The notes under the pieces were generated by a model. It did not search any database and had not been told where the DNA came from. It saw nothing but the letters and a program-made list of their open reading frames with translations. From Vibrio alginolyticus NBRC 15630 = ATCC 17749 (GTDB lineage: Bacteria; Pseudomonadota; Gammaproteobacteria; Enterobacterales; Vibrionaceae): a stretch of DNA of 32,000 bases. Within the stretch, counting starts at the first letter, position 1, and each line of letters begins with the position of its first letter. The position numbers were made by a program, and so were the translations under genes. The DNA lies in NCBI RefSeq assembly GCF_000354175.2, contig NC_022349.1, forward strand, positions 1,680,001-1,712,000, in the 5' to 3' direction. This document shows positions 19,043-26,613 of the stretch, piece by piece.

Positions 19043-20272
19043 TTATTTCACTGTAACAAACTCTGGGTAAGCACCAACACCACAATCATGCATGTCCATA
19101 CCTTCCATTTCTTCATCTTCTGTAACGCGAATCCCAACGGTTGCTTTCAAGATTGCCCACACAACTAGGCTGGCACCAAATACCCAAGCAAAGATAACTA
19201 CGGCACCTAAAAGCTGTGCACCAAACGTTGCATCACCGTTGCTCAGTGGCACTACCATTAGGCCGAAGAAACCACACACACCGTGAACTGAGATAGCACC
19301 TACTGGATCGTCAATTTTAAGTTTATCTAGAGCAATGATACTGAATACAACTAGTGCACCCGACACCGCACCAATCGCAACCGCGTACAGTGGTGATGGC
19401 GATAGAGGGTCTGCAGTGATGGCAACCAAGCCAGCTAGCGCGCCATTGAGAATCATCGTTAAATCGGCTTTACCCCAAGTAGTTTTACAAACGAATAGCG
19501 CCGCAATTGCACCGGCAGCCGCTGCTGCGTTAGTGTTTAGAAAGATCTGACCTACCGCTGTAGCATTCTCAAAATCTGAAACCATCAACTGAGAACCACC
19601 GTTAAATCCAAACCAGCCAAACCAAAGGATAAAAGTACCCAACGTTGCCAAAGGCATGTTAGAACCTGGAATCGGATAGATTTCACCATTTTTACCGTAC
19701 TTACCCTTACGCGCGCCAAGCAGTAACACACCAGCAAGAGCAGCAGAAGCACCTGCCATATGTACGATACCAGAACCCGCAAAGTCACTAAATCCAGCTT
19801 CTGCTAGGAAGCCTCCACCCCATGTCCAGTAACCTTCCATTGGATAGATAAACGCAGTTAAAATCGCAGAGAAAATCAAGAAAGACCAAAGCTTCATGCG
19901 CTCAGCTACCGCACCAGAAACGACGGACATGGCAGTTGCAACGAAGACAACTTGGAAGAAGAAGTCAGACTCTAAAGAGTGGTCGGCCCCTTCACCTTGA
20001 GTACCAATTAAAGTACCAAATGAAGGTAACCAGCCTCCTTCTCCATTATCGACATACATGATGTTATAACCGACAATCAGAAACATCGTACATGCGATGG
20101 CGTACAAACAGATGTTCTTCGTAAGAATTTCTGTTGTGTTTTTAGAGCGCACAAGGCCAGCCTCTAGCATCGCAAAGCCTGCTGCCATCCACATTACCAA
20201 CGCACCGGAAATGAGGAAGAAAAAGGTGTCAAGTGCGTAACGTAACTCGGTTACTGTTGTTGTTAATTCCAT
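19043..20272 (-). CDS. amtB: Ammonium channel AmtB
   Basis: Amt family motifs are AGFAMLEAGLVRSKN, DFAGSGIVHM and SVHGVCGFFG. The track ORF starts at a TTG at 20287. I prefer the ATG at 20272 (MELTTT..., 409 aa), which has a GGAG 9 nt upstream. Confidence 0.93.
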   Translation of the reverse strand: MELTTTVTELRYALDTFFFLISGALVMWMAAGFAMLEAGLVRSKNTTEILTKNICLYAIACTMFLIVGYNIMYVDNGEGGWLPSFGTLIGTQGEGADHSLESDFFFQVVFVATAMSVVSGAVAERMKLWSFLIFSAILTAFIYPMEGYWTWGGGFLAEAGFSDFAGSGIVHMAGASAALAGVLLLGARKGKYGKNGEIYPIPGSNMPLATLGTFILWFGWFGFNGGSQLMVSDFENATAVGQIFLNTNAAAAAGAIAALFVCKTTWGKADLTMILNGALAGLVAITADPLSPSPLYAVAIGAVSGALVVFSIIALDKLKIDDPVGAISVHGVCGFFGLMVVPLSNGDATFGAQLLGAVVIFAWVFGASLVVWAILKATVGIRVTEDEEMEGMDMHDCGVGAYPEFVTVK

Positions 20273-20299
20273 AATAAGTATCTCCAATCCTTTGAATTC

Positions 20300-20674
<375 letters not shown>

Positions 20675-20680
20675 TTATAA

Positions 20681-20696
20681 TCCAATCTACGTGCCA
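20681..20696 (-). promoter_or_regulatory. Sigma-54 (-24/-12) promoter of glnK-amtB
   Basis: The minus strand reads TGGCACGTAGATTGGA, which matches TGGCACG-N4-TTGCW except for G in place of C at the -12 GC. It lies about 45 nt upstream of the glnK ATG. Confidence 0.6.
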
Positions 20697-20750
20697 AGTT
20701 TTTAAGTTATTGAATAATAAAAACTAACCTCAATTTACATATCTATAAAC

Positions 20751-20778
20751 AAAAAGGGCGCACCATATCGGTGCGCCC
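20751..20778 (-). terminator. Rho-independent terminator after yacL (contains an NtrC-like dyad)
   Basis: GGGCGCAC (20756-20763) pairs with GTGCGCCC (20771-20778) around a 7-nt loop. It is flanked by A5 (U5 on the minus strand) and by TTTTC. Confidence 0.75.
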
Positions 20779-20826
20779 TTTTCACAAATTTAAAGCAACG
20801 GCAGAGAAGTTACCCAAAACTGTGCA

Positions 20827-21195
20827 TTAAATGTTCAAAAAGTCTTTCCACTGTTCGATAAGTGCCATGAAATCCTCTATCCCACAACTTGCTGTACTTT
20901 CTGCATTGTAGAAGTCGAACTCACTTTCCATCTCGACATCATATTCATGGGCTAATGCGTTTTCTTGTACAAGAACTTCATCGCCCTGAATCATCAAGCT
21001 AATTTCCGTGCCTGTTAGGTTATGCTCCTGAGAAGGCGCTAAAAATGACTGCTCAATTAGCTTTTCAACTTGTGCAATCTTCATCGGATCTTTGCCAATT
21101 TCTTCTTGCAACCAGCGCCCTACAATCTCATGTCCCATGCTACATTTTACGTAGTACTCGCCCATCAACGTGTTACGAATGAATTCAAATTCCAC
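20827..21195 (-). CDS. yacL: UPF0231 family protein YacL
   Basis: 122 aa with a GTG start. The N-terminus MEFEFIRNTLMGEYYVKCSMGHEIVGRW resembles E. coli YacL as I recall it (MDYEFLRD...SMGHEVVGHW). It lies immediately downstream of acnB, as in E. coli. Confidence 0.85.
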   Translation of the reverse strand: MEFEFIRNTLMGEYYVKCSMGHEIVGRWLQEEIGKDPMKIAQVEKLIEQSFLAPSQEHNLTGTEISLMIQGDEVLVQENALAHEYDVEMESEFDFYNAESTASCGIEDFMALIEQWKDFLNI

Positions 21196-21248
21196 CGAGA
21201 TTGCCTATTTCGTATCAATTTGGTGCGAGTATAGCGAATTGCTCCCAT

Positions 21249-21274
21249 AAAAAAAGCACCTCATGTGAGGTGCT
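21249..21274 (-). terminator. Rho-independent terminator after acnB
   Basis: AGCACCT (21255-21261) pairs with AGGTGCT (21268-21274), with loop CATGTG. It is preceded on the plus strand by an A7 run, which reads as U7 on the acnB strand. Confidence 0.8.
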
Positions 21275-21294
21275 TTTGAATTGTGCATTTCTGA

Positions 21295-23892
21295 TTATGC
21301 CGGCTCTTGGAAGATCACTTCGTCCGCTTTCTTGGTGTATTGATCCATTTTATGGAAGTTCAAGTAGCGGTACGTATCCGTTGCCGTAGCGTCGATTTGC
21401 TTCGCGTATTCTAGGTATTCTTCTTTGGTTGGAATCTTACCTAGAATTGCACCTACTGCAGCTAGCTCAGCTGACGACAGGTAAACATTCGCACCAGTAC
21501 CCAGACGGTTCGGGAAGTTACGCGTTGAAGTCGACATTACTGTTGATTTATCTGCAACACGCGCTTGGTTACCCATACAAAGTGAACACCCTGGCGTTTC
21601 AATACGAACCCCTGCACGTCCGAAGATACCGTAGTAGCCTTCTTCAATCAGTTGGTCTTTATCCATCTTTGTTGGTGGCGCTACCCAAAGGCGCGTTGCT
21701 AACTGGCCATTGAACTTATCAAGCAATTTACCTGCTGCGCGGAAGTGACCGATGTTCGTCATACAAGAACCGATGAACACTTCATCAATCGCTGTGCCTT
21801 GTACTTCAGACAACAAACGAGCGTCATCTGGGTCATTCGGTGCACATAGTACTGGCTCATTGATTTCAGCCATATCGATTTCAATCACATGTGCGTATTC
21901 AGCGTCTTTATCTGCTTGCATCAGCTCAGGGTTTGCTAGCCACTCTTGCATTGCAGTAATGCGGCGCTCGATAGTACGGCGATCACCGTAACCTTCAGAG
22001 ATCATCCACTTCAGCATCACGATGTTAGAGTTTAAGTACTCTTCGATCGACTCTTGAGACAATTTCACAGTACAACCTGCCGCCGAACGCTCTGCAGATG
22101 CATCAGAAAGCTCAAATGCTTGCTCAACCGTTAGCGTTTCTAAGCCTTCAATCTCAAGGATACGGCCAGAAAATTCGTTGATCTTGCCCGCTTTTTCTAC
22201 CGTTAGTAGACCTTGCTGAATCGCGTAGTAAGGGATGGCATGAACAAGATCACGCAGTGTAATACCCGGTTGCATTTCACCTTTAAAACGAACCAAGATT
22301 GACTCTGGCATGTCTAGCGGCATAACGCCTGTTGCAGCTGCAAAGGCAACCAAGCCCGAGCCAGCTGGGAATGAAATACCCAGAGGGAAACGAGTATGTG
22401 AGTCACCACCCGTACCGACAGTATCCGGTAGTAGCATACGGTTCAGCCATGAGTGGATAATACCGTCACCAGGACGAAGAGATACACCACCGCGGTTCAT
22501 AATAAAGTCCGGAAGTGTATGGTGAGTGTTAACGTCTACTGGTTTTGGATAAGCCGATGTGTGACAGAAAGACTGCATGACAAGATCAGCAGAGAAGCCG
22601 AGACACGCCAAGTCTTTAAGTTCATCACGAGTCATAGGGCCTGTAGTATCTTGCGAACCTACTGTCGTCATTTTCGGCTCACAGTAGGTACCAGGGCGAA
22701 TGCCTTCTACGCCACACGCTTTACCAACCATTTTCTGTGCAAGCGTGTAACCCTTGCCAGAATCTGCGATTTCACCAGGTTTGCGGAATACGTCCGAAGG
22801 CTCAAGACCTAGAGACTGGCGCGCTTTGTCTGTCAAACCACGACCGATGATCAATGGGATACGACCACCAGCACGAACTTCATCAATCAGTACTTCTGTT
22901 TTTAGCGAGAACTCAGCTAGAACCTCACCAGTTTCGTGGTTGCAAACTTTACCTTCATATGGGTAAACATCGATAACATCGCCCATGTTGAGCTTAGTTA
23001 CGTCAACTTCGATTGGTAGTGCGCCAGCATCTTCCATTGTGTTAAAGAAGATAGGGGCAATTTTGCCACCAAGCACATACCCACCAGCTCGTTTGTTTGG
23101 AACGTAAGGGATATCATCACCCATAAACCAAAGCACTGAGTTGGTTGCAGATTTACGTGAAGAGCCAGTACCAACAACATCACCAACGTAAACCAATTGA
23201 TGACCTTTGTCTTTTAATTCTTCAATTTGCTTGATCGGGCCAATAGTACCCGGTTGATCAGGGTTTATTCCTTCACGCTCGTTTTTAAGCATCGCCAGTG
23301 CGTGTACTGGGATATCAGGGCGAGACCAAGCGTCAGGTGCAGGTGAAAGGTCATCCGTGTTCGTTTCACCTGTTACTTTAAATACGGTTAGAGTGACTTT
23401 TTCTTCAAGCTTAGGCTTAGAAAGGAACCACTCAGCATCAGCCCATGATTGAAGTACTTTCTGTGCATGCGCATTGCCTGCTTTCGCTTTCTCTTCTACG
23501 TCATAGAAAGCATCAAACATCAGCAGCGTATGAGACAGCGCTTTTACTGCGATCTCTGCCAGTGCTTCATCATCCAATAGCTCAACTAGCGGTTCGATGT
23601 TGTAACCACCTTGCATAGTGCCTAGCAGTTCAGCCGCTTTTTCACGACTCACTAATGGTGATTTAACTTCACCTTTTGCTACTGCTGTTAGGAAACCCGC
23701 TTTTACATAAGCAGCTTCATCAACACCTGGAGGGATACGGTTTTCAAGTAGGTCAAGAATGACTTCTTCTTCACCTTGCGGGGGATTTTTCAGAAGTTCT
23801 ACAAGTCCAGCAACTTGTTCTGCGTCTAGCGGTTTAGGAACAACTCCTTCAGCAGCACGCTCTTCGACGTGTTTACGGTAGGCTTCAAGCAC
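21295..23892 (-). CDS. acnB: Aconitate hydratase B / 2-methylisocitrate dehydratase
   Basis: 865 aa, collinear with E. coli AcnB from residue 1 ([16 protein letters not shown] vs MLEEYRKHVAERAAEG). The Fe-S ligand regions are [10 protein letters not shown] and [10 protein letters not shown]. It uses a GTG start, and an in-frame TGA 4 codons upstream excludes a longer form. Confidence 0.97.
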   Translation of the reverse strand: MLEAYRKHVEERAAEGVVPKPLDAEQVAGLVELLKNPPQGEEEVILDLLENRIPPGVDEAAYVKAGFLTAVAKGEVKSPLVSREKAAELLGTMQGGYNIEPLVELLDDEALAEIAVKALSHTLLMFDAFYDVEEKAKAGNAHAQKVLQSWADAEWFLSKPKLEEKVTLTVFKVTGETNTDDLSPAPDAWSRPDIPVHALAMLKNEREGINPDQPGTIGPIKQIEELKDKGHQLVYVGDVVGTGSSRKSATNSVLWFMGDDIPYVPNKRAGGYVLGGKIAPIFFNTMEDAGALPIEVDVTKLNMGDVIDVYPYEGKVCNHETGEVLAEFSLKTEVLIDEVRAGGRIPLIIGRGLTDKARQSLGLEPSDVFRKPGEIADSGKGYTLAQKMVGKACGVEGIRPGTYCEPKMTTVGSQDTTGPMTRDELKDLACLGFSADLVMQSFCHTSAYPKPVDVNTHHTLPDFIMNRGGVSLRPGDGIIHSWLNRMLLPDTVGTGGDSHTRFPLGISFPAGSGLVAFAAATGVMPLDMPESILVRFKGEMQPGITLRDLVHAIPYYAIQQGLLTVEKAGKINEFSGRILEIEGLETLTVEQAFELSDASAERSAAGCTVKLSQESIEEYLNSNIVMLKWMISEGYGDRRTIERRITAMQEWLANPELMQADKDAEYAHVIEIDMAEINEPVLCAPNDPDDARLLSEVQGTAIDEVFIGSCMTNIGHFRAAGKLLDKFNGQLATRLWVAPPTKMDKDQLIEEGYYGIFGRAGVRIETPGCSLCMGNQARVADKSTVMSTSTRNFPNRLGTGANVYLSSAELAAVGAILGKIPTKEEYLEYAKQIDATATDTYRYLNFHKMDQYTKKADEVIFQEPA

Positions 23893-24160
23893 GACTTTTT
23901 CCTCTCATTGCGGTTCCTCCTCTATTATTACTATTGTTAAAGTAAAGGAGTGAACATCCTTGGAAACTTGGCTCTCCATTGCCCTTGTTTTCATTCAATT
24001 ATGATTGAGAAACAGCGCCGTAGAGGCCAAACTGTGGGCAAAATAATAGCAAATTTAACCTTAAATTAAAATCTTATCATTTTGACCAACATAGCAACTT
24101 ACGACTAAAGTTCTGCTAATTTTGACCAAATATGCCAAGTTTTTGCTTTCTCATACCCGA

Positions 24161-26491
24161 TTAATTAAACGATGTTCCTACGATCAAATACACAGCATCC
24201 AAATCTTGCTCGGTACGACCGTATGCCAACATTATTGGTCCTATTGGTGAGTCAACACCAAAGAAGATGGAGCCAGCATTGTAAAGCGGCGCTTCGTTTA
24301 GTTTCAGATCATTATCAGACCAAACACCGCCATATTCGACCGATGCGCCCAGGTAGACTGGAGCTTCAAACAATCCGAAATCATTATCAAACCACTTATA
24401 TCGGTACACCAAACTGCTGAAAAATAAGTTCTGTCCGATCAGGCTATTTCTTGGGATTCCCGATAGGCTTAAGAAGCCGCCCAACTCTCTGGGATCAAGC
24501 GGTAAAGATGAGTTTTTACTCTCTACAAAACTATATTCAGCATGTCCGACTAAAGTATGACGCTGATGACTCACTGCACCTTTAAATCGTGCAGAGATTT
24601 CATAAACGGTATCTTCAATAATTTTGTCAGTTTCTAAAAGGCTAACGCCTTGAGGACTTTGATCATGAGACACTAAATATTCGAGATCGACTAAAAGCCC
24701 ACGAGTCGGAAATGCGAAATCATCAAGTGTATCTAGGCGATAATTGGCAAACAGGCCACGACGTTCAAAATCCAATTTACCAGCAGAAGCCAAAGTAGAA
24801 AGCTCAATATCTCCGGTTGAGTAGCGAGCGCCAAATCGAAGTTCTTGCCACAATGTGGGTTGGATACCTATCGCTAACTCTGTTGTAAAATCATCGTAAG
24901 TGACCGGAAAAAAGTCATTTACTGACTCTAAATCTGGTGCTTGAGGCTCTGTTAAAGGTAAGTTTCGGCTCTCACTACCATAGGAAATTCGCCCCGATAC
25001 AAAAAGTTCTTGGCTAGATAAAACAGGGGAATACAACTCAGCTTCAATCAGCTTATCCGTGCCCATTTCTACGTTGAACGCCAACTCCGCGCCATGAGAG
25101 TTTAAATTGGTAAAGTTGGTCGATATTCCTATGCCGTACTGGCTATCTGTATCGAAGTCATCTTCAAGAAAAAATCGGAAGTTGAGATAATTAGGCCCCC
25201 ACGACTTCTCGTTAACATCAAAAACCAACAATGTCTCACCATCCACCTCTTCAAAGTGATAAGTGATGAGCTCGAACCTATCTAACGCGTAGAGGTTTTC
25301 AACGGCTTTCTCAATTTCGGCCGTTGAAATACGACGTCCGGTTTCTAATTCAATACGATTCGTCAACAACACATCGCTGTAGTGCGTGTTATTAACAATC
25401 ACTATGTCATCAACCACACGCTGATCACCATAAATCAAAGTTTTACGAACTTCTTGTTTGCGATCGATGTATTTTTGATAGTCCGCATTGGACAAGCGCA
25501 ACCCTTTCAGCTTGTCTTTTAACTGCTTGGTAATATCGTACCCAGCTTGAAAAGCCCAAGGCATTTTGTCGAACTCGACAGTTTCCATGGTGCCCACATT
25601 GGGACGAATATAGATATCTTGAGGTTCAAGCTCGTCCACTTGCTGTTGTGTACTACGACGAACGAGATAGTTAGAGAGTTGGTCCGCGACAGTAAACAGC
25701 CCCGTAAATTCATCTTCGGTTTTGTAATCGGTGCTAATATCGACGGCAATAACGACATCAGCCCCCATGGCGCGAGCCACATCGACAGGCATGTTATTGA
25801 CGACGCCGCCATCAACAAGCATATGGCCATTGAGCTTATAGGGAGGAAGCGCTCCTGGTACAGACATGCTAGCCATCATGGCGTCCACAAGGTAACCATT
25901 GCCCAATACGACTTCTTCTAAGGCAAGAATATCTGTCGCAACAGAACGATAAGGAATGGCAAGATCATCAAAAGAATCGAATCGCCCTAAGTTCCCTGTA
26001 GTCTCACGCAATACTCGCAACATGTTCTGGCCTTGCACCACACCCGTTGGTGCTCGTACCTCACCGAACCTTAAGCCGAGATCGGTATTAATTTGATAGC
26101 GGTCTTCATACTCTTTGTCACGAACTCGACGTTGGCTACGGTCAACACGATCTCGATAACCGCTGCCCCAATCGACGGTGTAGATAAAACTCTCAATTTC
26201 ATCAGCACTCATCCCCGTGGCATAGAGCCCACCCACATAGGCGCCCATACTGGTACCGGTCACAATATCGACAGGGATCTGCATTTCTTCCAATGCTTTT
26301 AAAACCCCAATGTGTGCCGCCCCTTTCGCTCCGCCGCCAGCGAGCACAACCGCCACCTTTGGTCGAGGTTCCAAGTCATCCGTTTTTGTTAGAGAGTTTG
26401 CGAGGGAAACAGAAGGAGTGATCATCAAAAAGGTACTAACCCAAAGCGCAAAGTTGCGAACCGATGGGCTTGATAACAGCTTTTTGAACAT
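24161..26491 (-). CDS. PlpD-like patatin phospholipase with POTRA and Omp85-type beta-barrel (type Vd secretion architecture)
   Basis: 776 aa with a signal peptide (...SVSLA/NS). The patatin motifs are GGGAKGAAHIG (oxyanion), GTSMG (nucleophile) and VDGGVVNNMP (Asp). A POTRA-like segment (VIVNNTHYSDVLLTNRIELETGRRIS...LYALDRFELI) is followed by a C-terminal alternating beta-strand barrel ending ...VYLIVGTSFN. Confidence 0.85.
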   Translation of the reverse strand: MFKKLLSSPSVRNFALWVSTFLMITPSVSLANSLTKTDDLEPRPKVAVVLAGGGAKGAAHIGVLKALEEMQIPVDIVTGTSMGAYVGGLYATGMSADEIESFIYTVDWGSGYRDRVDRSQRRVRDKEYEDRYQINTDLGLRFGEVRAPTGVVQGQNMLRVLRETTGNLGRFDSFDDLAIPYRSVATDILALEEVVLGNGYLVDAMMASMSVPGALPPYKLNGHMLVDGGVVNNMPVDVARAMGADVVIAVDISTDYKTEDEFTGLFTVADQLSNYLVRRSTQQQVDELEPQDIYIRPNVGTMETVEFDKMPWAFQAGYDITKQLKDKLKGLRLSNADYQKYIDRKQEVRKTLIYGDQRVVDDIVIVNNTHYSDVLLTNRIELETGRRISTAEIEKAVENLYALDRFELITYHFEEVDGETLLVFDVNEKSWGPNYLNFRFFLEDDFDTDSQYGIGISTNFTNLNSHGAELAFNVEMGTDKLIEAELYSPVLSSQELFVSGRISYGSESRNLPLTEPQAPDLESVNDFFPVTYDDFTTELAIGIQPTLWQELRFGARYSTGDIELSTLASAGKLDFERRGLFANYRLDTLDDFAFPTRGLLVDLEYLVSHDQSPQGVSLLETDKIIEDTVYEISARFKGAVSHQRHTLVGHAEYSFVESKNSSLPLDPRELGGFLSLSGIPRNSLIGQNLFFSSLVYRYKWFDNDFGLFEAPVYLGASVEYGGVWSDNDLKLNEAPLYNAGSIFFGVDSPIGPIMLAYGRTEQDLDAVYLIVGTSFN

Positions 26492-26523
26492 TCACTTCTT
26501 CCTTTATTGAATATCTGATCAAG

Positions 26524-26559
26524 TAGGGCGTGCTAGCAGTACTGTACTAACACGCCCTA
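26524..26559 (-). other. 9-bp GC-rich stem with an 18-nt loop in the mrcB-plpD-like spacer
   Basis: TAGGGCGTG (26524-26532) pairs with CACGCCCTA (26551-26559). The loop contains the palindrome CAGTACTG. There is no U-tract on the minus strand, so it is not a canonical terminator. Confidence 0.4.
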
Positions 26560-26613
26560 ATATGTACTAAGAATTAATCAGATAAACAAGCTAATGTTGT
26601 TGATTTGGCGATG

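Noticed and set aside
19033-19050. A second Fur-like AATGATTATTT element at the amtB stop codon
   Set aside because: It is a single degenerate half-site in AT-rich sequence, about 150 bp from the fbpA start and upstream of an intervening terminator. Support is insufficient.
23960-24069. Small plus-strand ORFs opposite the acnB leader: a TTG-start 14-aa ORF (METWLSIALVFIQL, 23960-24004) after AAGGAG, and a 22-aa ORF (24001-24069)
   Set aside because: The AAGGAG is simply the complement of the CUCCUUU anti-SD-like segment in the acnB leader. There is no promoter evidence for plus-strand transcription here, and the second ORF lacks any RBS. Both are too short to support without conservation or Ribo-seq data.
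26536-26545. CAGTACTG palindrome as a possible SlmA-binding site
   Set aside because: Only the central AGTACT matches the SlmA consensus GTGAGTACTCAC, which is 6 of 12 positions. The specificity-determining outer bases are wrong.
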